NCBI GenBank assembly: GCA_024679065.1
Contig: JAGIQG010000036.1
Span: 12,710,001 to 12,774,000, forward strand
From: Sphyrna mokarran
Lineage: Eukaryota
DNA length: 64,000 bases
Reading direction: 5' to 3'
Shown here: positions 38,800 through 50,960 of the stretch, piece after piece
Position numbering within the stretch: the stretch's first letter is position 1
Layout of the letters: each line of letters begins with the position of its first letter
The notes under the pieces: generated by a model
The model's input: only the letters and a program-made list of their open reading frames with translations
Databases searched by the model: none
Told to the model about the DNA's origin: nothing
Program-made: the position numbers and the translations under genes

Positions 38800-39152
38800 C
38801 GGAGTGGTGGCACGATGGCTAGCACTGTTGCCTCACAGCTCCAGGGACCAGAGTTCGGTTCGCAGCTTGGCTCACAATCTGTTTAGAGCCTGCACATTCT
38901 CCCCGTGGCTGCGTGGGTTTCCTCCGGGTGCTCCGGTTTCCTCCCACATTCCAAAAATGTATATGTTAGGTTGATTGGTCAAGCTGAATTGCCTTTAGTG
39001 CCCTGGGATGCGTAGGTTAGAAGGTTAGCGGGTCTAGAATCTATGATTCTAACTATGTTGGAATAGGGGAAAAGGCCTGGGTGGGATTGATATCAGTGAA
39101 GGCTCGATGGGTCAAATGGCCTGCTTCTGCACTGTAGGGTTTCTATGTTTCT
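38800..39152 (+). mobile_element. V-SINE
   Basis: tRNA head, TGCGTGGGTTTCCTCCGGGTGCTCCGGTTTCCTCCCAC core, CR1-like tail. Confidence 0.78.
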
Positions 39153-40350
39153 AATCATCTAATGGTTAGCTCTCTGGCCAACCGTTTTGACTGATGCTAA
39201 GTGGATGAACAGGCAGAGCACCAGTTAACTTCTTTGAAATTTTGGCTTAAGATCTTTGAGAATGACCAGAAGTTTCCAGTTGATTTCTTTGTTATCATGC
39301 GGAGCGTTAGCTTGCAGCTCTGAGTACATGAAGCGAGACTTTAATCAATACACTTCCGGTCAGAAGGAAAAGTTATGCCATCTGAGCCACGGTTGACACT
39401 AAGAGTTAATGATGTAGAGGTTGTCATGTGCATCTAAAGATGTAACTTGACTTGGAAGTGTCTCGATATTGGTTTGAGCTGAGATTGTCCATTTGTGTTC
39501 GAATTTTGTGACTCTTGCATTCCTTCAATACCATCACCACCAACCCAACCTTCATGAATATTGCTGTTCTATACTTTATCAAATTCAACCCACATATCCG
39601 CCAAGTCATTGCACATACCGTCAGTATAATTGCCACAAGCTCATCCTCATCAACCTGGCCATTGTTATTTGAACCACGTCAGAGTTATCATTAGGGATTT
39701 ATTATTCATTCTCCAGATGTGCAAAGGCAACATATATTGGCCAGCCAAGTAGAGAAATGTTCTGTTAGGCAACTGGAGAAGGCAGTTACAATTGTTCTCT
39801 GCCTGGTGTCTTATAGACCCTAAGTGAATGAGGTGGCAAATTTCCTCCCTTCTATTATATGGTTGCTATGGTCGAAACCAGCTTCTCATTCCAGCCCCGT
39901 TTACTTTAAAAGAACATCCTGCTTACAACATGTGCGTCCTTGAGAAGTTGGTGATAAATGACTGCAGCGCTTGTTCTCAGGACCCTGGCCCAGCAGCAGC
40001 AATGAATTAACTATATCGTTCCAGATCAGAGAACCGCCTTCATGGAGAGAAATCTGCAGGGAGCAGCGATCCCCTTGTGTCTGCTGACCCTAGTGGCGCA
40101 GCTTAGGGGTTCCGTTGATGAATGAGACATAACGAGCTGCGAAAGTGTATTTTGTAGATGACAAACTGCCGCCGGAAGTGAATGGAGTGAAATTCTCCTA
40201 CTGCCACGGAGAATTTGAACACCTATATTCTAGATCAGTATCTCAGGCCTCCAGGTGACTAGCTCCAACAACGGAATCACTATGCTAACCTCTCTAGAGA
40301 CTGAGGCAGGTCATTTTGTGCCGAAAGCCCTGCATTCGTGTAACACTGTG

Positions 40351-41132
40351 GACACCTTTGTATGCTATACAGTAATACGTGCCGCTGTCTTCGACCTGGG
40401 AGCCCTTCACGAATAGAGTGAATGCATTCTCCGTTGGGTCATGTTTGACCTCCGTTCGTTTTCTGTGCCTAGGTGAAGAAAATATCCCGGATCTGATCCA
40501 TTCAATTTGGTCGCCGATCTGGATGAACCAGTGCAACCAATAGTTGGTCATGTTGCCTTGCCAGATGCTGCAAGAGAAAGTGGCTTTCTTGCCTGGAGAT
40601 ATAACCATTGCCGACGGAGACTGAAAGATTAGGTGTCTCGAGCAAACATCTAAAAAAAATTAAATCAAGACAGCAAATCAATCAGGAGACAAAATCATAA
40701 GTAGAAGGTGGGGCAGAGGTAGGAGACGGTAAAAGAGAAATTAATAGATTAGGTTTCTCAGGTAACATTGCTACATTCCTTCTTATATTAGCTCTTCAAG
40801 TCCAATTATCAATTGGATTTTGTTAAAATTTAAACAATAAACGCGCCAAACTCTGAAATTGTTCCGAGTCAGATCACGGCGGTTCTGAAAGAAGAAAACG
40901 AGTAATAGTACTGTGGAAATAAACTGGAATTACAGCACTTTAGTGGATTAAGGCACAGTGAAATATTTGCGTTTTGTTCGCCAGCATTTATAACCGAACG
41001 CAAAAGTATTTGTGAACAGTAAACGTGGGTGAAGAAGCAGCGAAGGCACGAACTGGGAGCTCTTGTTTCTGCTACCTTATACATACAGGCATTAGGCAAG
41101 AGAAATATAGAAAGCCAAATAATAGTGAACAT
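40351..41132 (-). CDS. Divergent V gene segment V7 (paralog of V6; ORF with damaged RSS); leader 41087-41132, V exon 40351-40649
   Basis: Leader MFTIIWLSIFLLPNA|GTATGT; V exon IFQSP...FSCSIWQGNMTNYWLHWFIQ...EDSGTYYCIAYKG; perfect heptamer at 40344-40350 but no good nonamer. Confidence 0.83.
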
Positions 41133-42945
41133 CTCCAAATAAGATTCCGCCCTCCTTTGCCAACTGATCTCAAATTACTTTGAGATGATTTCTGAGAGAA
41201 AACGGCTTGTTAGATATAGAGTGATAGCGCCGCGGCGGCTGCTTTTTGAACTGCAGCGAAAAGAAATAAGTCTCTGCTCTCCTGCAAGAGCCAGCCACAA
41301 AATTGCGGAGACCCTGTCAATTGGTTTAAATTGATGGCATAGAGTGTCAACAAAGCCATACAAATAGATCAGAACCATCGCATCGCCAGAGAGAGAGAGA
41401 GAGGGGGAGAGAGGTAGGAGACAGAAACAGAGAGGCAGCTTGAGGAAATCAGTGACAGTGGTTCGAGGCAAATGACCCTGGCAGAGAATAATTCGAAAAG
41501 AAAACACGTTCCAGAGGGAGGAAGAATGAGAAAAGAAATAGAGAGAGAAAATGGGGCAAAATGAGAGATACAGCAAAAACAAAGGCAGAACGCGATAGAA
41601 AGAGAAAATGAGAAATCGAAAGAGAGCGGGACAACGGGAATGAATGAACTGTGAAAGAGAGGGAGAAGAAATCATTCAAGTCAACGAAGAGAGACAGAAT
41701 TGGAAAATAGTTTGAGAAAGAAAACTATTTAATATTATTTAAAAAAAATTCGGATCAAATGTTGGTTCCATTTAAATGTTAGACTTTTGACCAGGATGCG
41801 GTGAAAATAATCACCTGACTGAATGTGGATTCAATCAGAAATTACTACATCATTCTAACTGATGCGGGTTGAATGAGAGTTTGCCGCGTTTTGGATTGTT
41901 CCTGATGTGGAGGACAACAGTGCCGCGCCCCGGCGGCTGTTCACTGCCCCTTGGGCTCGGTGATAAATTTGGGGGATTTTATGAAAGAGCGCCCACGTTT
42001 CCGTGCATCATTGCAGGTGCCCGTGTGCCACTGAGAGACTATGGTGAGTTCCAGACTAACCTCCTCATGGCTGGGACTGTGGGCTTGAAAAATTCCAACG
42101 TCCATCTGCAAGCATGGACGGGTACTGGGCGATTTGATAGAAGCTTCCCATTCTTCCAAGAAGGAAACCAGAAGATCCATCGTTCCCGAATCACCCATTC
42201 TCCCTTGTTACTTTTCTGAAAAGTAACTGCTTATGGAATCATAGAAGTATAGAATCCCTACAGTGCAGAAGGAGGCCATTCAGCCCATCAGTTCTGCACC
42301 GACCACAATCACACTCAGACCCTATCCCCATAACCCTATTTACCTTAGCAAGCCCCCTGTCACAAAGTGACAACTGAGCATGGTCTAACCCACACATCTC
42401 TGGACATCACGATGTACCTGATTCAATTGTGAACATTAGTGTTAATTTGACGCAATAGAATCTACGTCTGAACTGTCCGTTTCCTAATAAAAGATCCTCA
42501 TTAGTGTTAATAACTTTCGCTCTTGTATTCTCCCTGCTTTGGGAAAAGCAATTCCAGTTCCTCTAGTCTGTCCATGTAACTAAAGATACTTCACGCTGAT
42601 ACCTTTCTGATCAATAGCCACTTGCTTTAAGCAGAATAATTGCATCTTCTCCTATCTATCCAGCTAATTGACATGACTAGTAACATTCCGGGAAACCTGT
42701 TCTGCACGCGTTCCTCCGTTCTGTGGTTCCTTCCTAGTTTCTTAAATTCTGGCTTGCTTTCTATTTTTCGTCCACACTTCTCTGCACTACTTCTTTCTGC
42801 CAATCTCTCCTGCTTTAATCTATAGTTTCCAGTGTCTTCTTGTTAAAAGGTCATACGGTCTGTAAAATGAACCTACACAGATGCAACGCCATTGCTGTTT
42901 TTTTTTGTGTGGTTTCATTCTCAGGTGTCTCCTGCTGCTTTTTGG

Positions 42946-42984
42946 GGTTTTTGTTGAACTGCTCCATCTCTCTGAGTCACTGTG
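42946..42984 (-). other. 23-RSS of V8
   Basis: CACAGTG-23-ACAAAAACC. Confidence 0.95.
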
Positions 42985-43511
42985 AACAATCCAGGCACAA
43001 TAATACACTGCCGAGTGATTCACCCGCAGGCTGGAGGATTCCAGGTTGAACTCGGAGCCAGACGGTCGCTTGGCGGTGAAACTGTCCAACGTCTCCTTTG
43101 GATTCACGTCTTGAGCAACTGCGGAGTAAAACATCAACTGGAGTTCCTTGCCCGGGTATTGCCTGTACCAGAATCTCCTACCAGTACTGCTGCCTTCCAC
43201 GGTGCATTTCAGAACCACTCCGTCCCCGGGATATTTCGAGACAGCAGCGGGAAACTGGAGGACCTTCTCTGAGTTCACGCCTGAGTAAAGTACGGGCAGA
43301 GAAAGAAGTCAATAAACAGAGACATTCCCGTAATGGGCCAGAGCGAAAAGGGAATGAAAGATAAACGAGACAAAGGCACCAGAGAGACAGGAGGTGAAGA
43401 AGATGGGGATTGAGGGGGAGGGAAGGTAGAGGGTGTGGGTGGTAGAGCACGAATTTCTGAGTAAATATTCTTACAGTGAAATAAAGTCACCAAGCTCAGG
43501 ACCAGGTACAT
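42985..43511 (-). CDS. TRBV: TCR beta V gene segment V8 (TRBV30-like CAW family); leader 43475-43511, V exon 42985-43280
   Basis: Leader MYLVLSLVTLFH|GTAAG; LKCTVEG...WYRQYPGKELQLMFYS...NHSAVYYCAWI. Confidence 0.9.
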
Positions 43512-43797
43512 CTTTTGCTTGACACCTCCCGCCTGTTAACGGGAGAAATCCGGCCGGGAGCTCTGAGTTTTGTGAGGAGCCAATCGAGAATTCTAAACCA
43601 CTGAGGAAGTGATCAAGATCGCAAGGTAATAAGGTCATTTCGACACGCCCCTTCCAACCAATCAGAATTTATATGATTGATAACTTCCGATGGCATTTCT
43701 TACATTTGCTATTCAAATGCAATTAAACACAACTTCATAATAGCCAGAAGTGTATTTACAGATTTAATTACGTTGGAATAGTTTCCATTTGATTATA

Positions 43798-44620
43798 TGG
43801 GCAGCACGTTGGCGCAGTGGTTAGCACTGTTGTCTCACAGTGCCACGGATCGGGATTCAATTCTGAGCTTAGGTCACTGTCGGTATGGAGTTTGCACATT
43901 CTGCCCGTATCTGCGTGGGTTTCTTGCGGGTGCTCCGGTTTACTTCCATAGTCTGGAAGATGTGCTGATTAGGTGCATTGATCCGAACAAGAGCCGGAGG
44001 ATGGCGACGGGAGGAATTTCGCAGTAGCTTCATTGCAGTGTTAATGTAAGCCTTACTTGTGACTAATAAATACACATTAATTTAAAAATATGTAACAGAT
44101 TCGATGGGCTTTCCCTATTTGGATGGAACTGACTGGAGGGAATGCTCTTGAGATTGGTGGAATTACTTTGGTCTTCTGTGCAACAGTCTCAGGAAGGGCT
44201 AAACTAGCACCCTCCCCCCCACTTTTCCCCTGTATTAGGCGCGAATGGGGATGCAAGGTCACCTCCTGTTGAATCATAGAAATCCTATAGTAACGAAAGA
44301 GGCCATTCGGCCTATCGACTCCGCACCGACCACAAACCCACTCAGCTTCTCCCCCAGCCCGCCCTTCCCCACCTACATATTTCTACATCTTTACCCACTA
44401 ATCCCTGTAACCTACGCATCTCAGGACGCTAAGAGAAATTTTACCATGGCCAATCAACCTAACCCGCACATCTTTGGACTGTGGGAGGAAACCGGACCAC
44501 CCGAAGGAAACCCACGCAGACACGAGGTGAACGTGCAAACTCCACACAGACAGACACACAGTCCGAATCGAACGCAGCTCCCTGGAGCTGTGAAGCAGCA
44601 GAGCTAATCACTTGCTACCG
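43798..44620. mobile_element. Two V-SINEs (+ at 43798-44072, - at ~44275-44620)
   Basis: tRNA heads and V cores. Confidence 0.7.
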
Positions 44621-45489
44621 CTCTTTTGTAACAAGTCCGAGGGGCTGAATGGCCTCGGCCTTCTGGCAGGGTATAGGGGGCTTGAGTAGTCTCATCCTGT
44701 TCCGTCTACATATGTTTCAATCACTGAAGTGTCTGCCTGTCACAGGACGACCCCTTGAAAAATATCGCTGGCAGTTGATGAAGAGAAAATCTTGTTTTAT
44801 TCTCTTCTCTCTATCTACTATTTGTTCATTGATTCACTCTTTTTTTGTCCCATTGTTTTTTCCTATCTTTCCTCCCTGCTTCAGCAATTTGTTTTGTCCA
44901 TCTCATTAGTAACGAACAAGTGGGTTATAGGATTTCTAACACATTCCTTTTCCAAAAGCAAAAGACTTCTAAGTCACATTTTATAAAAGCTGGAAGCACT
45001 CAGCAGATCAGGGAGTCTCTATGGAAAGAAAAACCGAGTTAACGGTTCACACCAGTGATCTTTCATCAGAACATTAAACCAAATATTTTTTAAAACGTCT
45101 TTATTCAAAAGATAGCGGAAGTGTGGAACTTCCACCAGATACATCGCTGAGTTATGCTCATGGTTTTCTCAATGATTTGTGATGAAGAGTTAAAGGGATT
45201 CGAAACGTTAAAATTTTTCTCTCACGAACGATGTTGCCAATACTGCTTTTTACGTTTTGTTCCTGAATTACTTGTTCTGCTCACAATCAAATTCGCCCGC
45301 ACTTGGGAACTAGCTCCCTCTGCTGACTGAATTTGCTCATTCCCTCAGTAACAGGATGTACTGAAATTCGACTCCAGCGGCATATCTGTCTATTTCTCTC
45401 TTCCACGTATTTTTATGTAACTTCTCCTGAAAGGCAAATACGTTTCTCACCCCAATCCAATTCTGCAGAAACAAGGTTCACAATCTACA

Positions 45490-46615
45490 CTCTTAAGGGT
45501 ATAAAAAGGCAGAAGGAACTGGGTGTGCAGATTCACAAGTCACTGAAAGTGGCAACGCATGTGGAGACCGTAGTCAAGAAGGTATACTGCATGCTTGTCT
45601 TCATCACTCGGATCACTGAGTTTAAAAATTGGCAAGTCATGTTGCAGCTCTATAGAACCTTAGTTAGGCCGCACTTGGAATGTAGTGTTCAATTCTGGCC
45701 ACCACATTACCAGAAGGATATGGAGGCTTTGGAGAGGATACAGAAAAGATTTTTTAGGATGCTGACGAGTATGGAGAGCATTAGCTATGAGGAGAGGTTG
45801 GAGAAACTTGGTTTGTTTTCATCGGATAGCGGAGGTTGAGGGGCAATCTGAGAGATGCCTACAAGATTATGAGGGGCATGGACAGATGGACAGTCAGAAA
45901 CTTTGGAAGAATCAATTACTAGGAGGCATAGATTTAAGGTTCGAGGGGCAAGTTTTACACAGAGGGTGGTGGATTTTTTTTTTAAGAGCAACACAGCACG
46001 GGAAACAAGCCCTTCGGCCCAATGAGCCCGCGCCGCCGTCATAACTATATAGTAGCAATTTCATTATCCTATTATAGATTTAGGTTATTCCTAATATGGA
46101 AGACTCTCACTATAGGGACAATTTGTTTCCCAATCAGCCTAAGAGCGAATTTTTGGGTTGTGGGAGGAAACCGGAGTGCCCGGAGAAAACCCACGCAACC
46201 ACGGGGAGAACGCGCAAACTCCCGCAGACACCGGCCCAATTCCAAGTGTCTGCACAGCCACATCGATAGTCTCTGAGCTGTCATGGTGCTCTTCAGATGG
46301 TCCACATAAAGCACTCATTTACGACATGAGGTACCAGGCAACCCATGAATCAACATCCAAGAGCTGTACTCGCACCACCTGCCGAATGCATGCTCAATGT
46401 TGGTCAATATGGAAGTATGGATGCTTGGAACACTCTGCCAGCGGAGGTATGGAAGCAGATACGATAGTGACATTTAAGGGACGTCTTGACAAACACATGA
46501 ATAGGATGGGAATAGAGGGGTACGGTCTCCAATGGGGTAGGGGCTTTTAATTCAGTCGGCAGCATGGTGGGTGCAGGCTTGGGGAGGCTGAAGGTCCTGT
46601 TCCTAAGCTGTATTT
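45490..46615 (+). mobile_element. Old CR1 3' fragment duplicated with the V9-V11 cassettes (paralogs at ~51840-52520 and ~55810-56450)
   Basis: LYRTLVRPHLECSVQFW motif in all three cassettes. Confidence 0.8.
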
Positions 46616-46889
46616 TTTTTCTCTGTTGTAAGAACAATTTCTACACAGTCCCTGTTTAATCTATGAATGCAGATCTCTTCTTTATGAGGCCTAGTGTTGG
46701 ACTTTTTCTAAAGTGAAATTATGTTCCCTCTGTCTAATCCATTCAACCTCCAAATTATCTATGAGATCCACTTCAAACTGCTCTTCAATAGAAACGAATA
46801 TGGGCAGTCTTCCCTATAAGTTACAATCTCTCAGTTCAGGGAACATCCTTGCTAATATTCCCTTCCGCCTTTTCCAGTGTTCCGCAAAG

Positions 46890-48388
46890 TAGAACATAGA
46901 ACATAGAACATAGAACAATACAGCACAGAACAGGCCCTTCGGCCTTCGATGTTGTGCCGACCAAAATAAAAAGCAATGCCCCTCCTAACTAAACCATTCC
47001 CTTCTCATCCATATACTTATCAACTAACCTCTTAAACGCCACCAAACTTGGCGCATCTACAACAGCTGCAGGCAGGGCATTCCACTCCCTAATCACTCTT
47101 TGAGTAAAGAACCTACCTCTGATATCCGTCCTATAACTCATACCCCTTAATTTAAAGCTGTGTCCCCTCGTGCTAGCTTTCTCCATCCTAGGAAAAAGGC
47201 TATCACTGTCCACCCTATCTAAACCTCTAATCATCTTATATGCTTCAATAAGATCCCCTCTTAGCCGCCTCCTTTCTAACGAAAACAACCTCAAATCCTT
47301 CAACCTCTCTTCATAGGACCTGCCCTCCATACCAGGCAACATCCTGGTAAACCTCCTCTGTACCCTCTCCAATGCCTCCACATCTTTCTTATAATGTGGC
47401 GACCAGAACTGCACACAATACTCCAAGTGCGGCCGCACTAGAGTTTTGTACAGCTGCAACATGATGCTGCGGCTCCTAAATTCAATCCCCCTACCAATAA
47501 AAGCTAAGACTCCATAAGCCTTCTTAACAACTTTATCCACTTGACTGCCTACTTTCAGGGATCTATGACACATACACCAAGATCCTTCTGTTCCTCAACA
47601 CTATTAAGAGCCCTACCATTAGCCCTATACTCTACACATTTATTGTTCCTGCCAAAGTGCATTACCTCACACTTTTCCACATTAAACTCCATTTGCCACC
47701 TCTCGGCCCAGCTCTGCAACTTGTCCAAGTCACTCTGTAAACTAAAACACCCCTCTTCACTATCTACCACACCACCAACTTTAGTATCATCTGCAAATTT
47801 ACTGATCCATCCCTCAATACCCTCATCCAGATCATTTATAAAAATTACAAACAGCAGGGGCCCCAAAACAGACCCCTGAGGCACACCACTCGTCACCGAA
47901 CTCCACGATGAATATCTCCCATCAACCACCACCCTCTGTCTTCTATCTGCCAGCCAATTTCTAATCCAATTAGCTAAATCACCCTCTATTCCACACATCT
48001 GCATTTTCTGTAGAAGTCTTCCATGGGCCACCTTATCAAAAGCCTTACTAAAGTCCATATATACTACATCAACCGCCTTACCCCCATCCACCTCTCTGGT
48101 CACTTTCTCAAAAAACTCAATGAGGTTAGTAAGGCATGACCTACCCTTCACGAAACCATGCTGACTATCCCCAATCAATTCATTTCTCTCTAAATAACTA
48201 TAAATCCTATCCCTAATAATTCTCTCCAATACCTTGCCCACCACAGAAGTAAGACTCACTGGCCTATAATTCCCAGGAAGGTCTCTCTTCCCCTTCTTAA
48301 ACAATGGGACCACATTCGCCATCCTCCAGTCCTCCGGAACCACACCCGTAACCAACGAGGACCTGAAGATCAGAGCCAGAGGCTCAGT
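46890..48388 (-). mobile_element. Young 5'-truncated CR1 LINE (RT domain, one frameshift)
   Basis: NYRPVSLTS, QHGF, DFSKAFDKV and FADD motifs; (TTCTATG)n tail; absent from the paralogous cassettes. Confidence 0.92.
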
Positions 48389-48513
48389 AGTCGATCATTT
48401 TCATTTTAACCCTTGACTTTTATTCTCAATAACATGTTCACTCGACAAGATAACATGGCAAGGCGAATCACAGCACAGAATTGTCAGTGACAGCTGTTTC
48501 TTGCTGCCTTTGG

Positions 48514-48552
48514 GGTTTTTGTTGAGCTGCTCCATCCCTCTGAGTCACTGTG
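48514..48552 (-). other. 23-RSS of V9
   Basis: CACAGTG-23-ACAAAAACC. Confidence 0.95.
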
Positions 48553-49023
48553 AATACTCCACGCGCAGTAATACACGGCCGAGTGATTCGCCAGCAGGCT
48601 GGAGGCATTCAGGTTGAACTCATTCATATTCGGTCTCACGGCGGTGAAGCTGTCCACCGTCCCTTCTGAATTCACGATTTGTGCAGTTGCAGAATGAAAC
48701 ATCAGTTGCAGTCCCCTGCCCGGATATTGTCGGTACCAGTACATATAACCGCTACTAGCTCCCTCAGATTTACAAGCCAACTTCACTCCTTCCCCAACAA
48801 GTTTGGAGACAGCGGTAGGGGTCTGATGGATCTGCACTGAGTTTACATCTGGAAGACCCATGGGGAGAGCAGAACGTTAATAAATAAAGAAATCCTGGTG
48901 GTGAATCAGCAAAAGGAAATAAAGTACTTGAGGCAGAAGGAAAGGAAATCATAAGAGATTGTTGCCCAGAAAAACACATGACTTACATTGAAATAACATC
49001 GCGAGGCCTAGTAACACATACAT
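48553..49023 (-). CDS. TRBV: TCR beta V gene segment V9 (CAW family); leader 48987-49023, V exon 48553-48848
   Basis: Leader MYVLLGLAMLFQ|GTAAGT; IHQTP...LACKSEG...YWYRQ...NHSAVYYCAWSI. Confidence 0.9.
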
Positions 49024-49139
49024 CTTTAATGTTAACCTTTTGTTGTTTTAGAAAAATATGCGGTAATACTAGAGAGCAGAATTCTGTGGAGTCAACTGGT
49101 CGTCTGTCAAATCATTGAGAAAATATGAAGGGCTAAAGT

Positions 49140-49212
49140 GAACTCCGCCCTCACTGGCGGGAAAACACGCCCTATTTCTATGATTGGCTAGAAGTAGGAG
49201 CAGGAAGTGCCA
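49140..49212 (-). promoter_or_regulatory. Putative V promoter module (GC box, CCAAT, ETS site), repeated upstream of V10 (~53540-53610) and V11 (~57470-57545)
   Basis: CCGCCC, GATTGG and CAGGAAGTG about 120-190 bp upstream of the leader ATG (ETS site altered in the V10 copy); CCAATC also upstream of V5, V8 and V12. Confidence 0.55.
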
Positions 49213-50637
49213 AAAAAGGCAGAGACAGATGAAGCGAGTGTGCTAAGAAAATTGATAAAATATGAGCGAGAGTTTCAGCAGGTCTGACGGCATCTGTGGA
49301 GAGACAATAGAGCCAACGTTTCGTGTCTGGATGTCGCCTTCGTTCGCTCTGAGAAAGGGTAATCCAGACTCGAAACGTTGGTCCTATACTTTCTCTAAAG
49401 TTGCTATCAGGCTGCAGAAGTTACCCTGCATTTTCTACTTTCGTTTCAGATTCCAGCATCCGCGGTATTTTCTCTTTGGACAAAATGTGACATCGCCTTA
49501 AGCAATTTAGAGTGGCGCAACTTCTAAGTGGCGAGAGGAGCTGTGGCGAAGGAAATGTGTTCAGCGCCATAATTCACTAAAACCAGGCAGGCCTGGACAA
49601 AATGGACTTCAAATTGTAATCGAAGGCACGTTTTTGCACCATGGGAACTGGAATATCAAAGGAGAGAGGTTTCCTTAAATTGTAACAGAACTTTAGAACA
49701 CAGGGCACAGATCTGAGAAAGCACCCCGGACCAACCCACAGAACATCCACATTCATGGACGGGCACAGTGGTTAGCATTGCTTCCTCACAGCACCAGGGT
49801 CCCAAATACAAATTTCGCTCATATTTTATCCATTTTCTTACCACACTCGCTTGGATCACTGACTATATGGAGTTTGCACGTTCTTTCCGTGCCTACGTAT
49901 ATTCTCTCCGGGTGCTCCATTCTCCGCCACAGTCCGAAAGATGTGCGTGTTGGATGCACTGGACATGCTAAATTCTCCCTCAGTGTACCCGAACAGGTGC
50001 TGAGGTGCGGCGCTAAATGAATTTTCACAGTAACTTCATTTTAAGCCTTAATGTAAGCCTACTTGTGACAGTACTAAATAAAAATAAAGAAGGTAGGGAT
50101 TACTGGGAAGGATTGCAAAATAGATTCGCCAGCATGATACAGGGGCTTGTTTTACAATTCTGGGCGCCGCTGACAAGGCCACTAAATATTGTGCATCCCG
50201 AATTGCCCTTAAAGACTGAGTGGTATTGCAGAGGGCAGTTAAGAGTCAGCCACATTGATCTGACATCAAACGCTTTTACAATAATCGACAATTATTCCGT
50301 GATCACCATTACTTAGACCGGATTTGAATTCCAAACGTTGTCTTTTTGTTCATTCCATTGGCTGCCAAGGTGAGTTTTGAACATTGCCCGCAAGAATCTG
50401 AACTGCTGGACTAGTAGCCCAGTGGCAGTAACACTACACCACGGGCTGCACCTACATCAATCAATAAATCATAAAGACATGTTGCTTCAGCTTGTCTGCC
50501 TTCCCTTGTGTTGAGGAGGAGGTTAAGGGAGGGGTCTACTGATTTGCGTTTTTGGTATTTTAGAAGGAGAATTTAAGATCAACTGAATGATGTACTGCAG
50601 AGTTGGGGGTCAGCACCATGCCCTGTCACAGTTGGAA

Positions 50638-50960
50638 TCATAGAAACCCTACAGTGCACAAAGAGGCCATCTGGCCCATCAAGTCTGCATCGATCACAAT
50701 CCCACCCAGGCTTTATCCCTTATCCCTAACATTTATCCGCTAATCCCTCTAATGTACACATGTGAGGACACTAAAAGGCAATTTTAACATGGCCAATCAA
50801 CCTAACCTGCACATCGTTGGATCATGGGGAGAAACCGGAGCACGTGGAGGAAACCCACGCAGACACGAATAGAATTTACGAACTCCACACAGACAGTGAC
50901 CCAAGCCGAATCGAACTCAGATCCCTGGAGCTTTGAAGCATCAGTGCTAACCACTGTGTT
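50638..50960 (-). mobile_element. V-SINE
   Basis: V core and tail. Confidence 0.7.
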
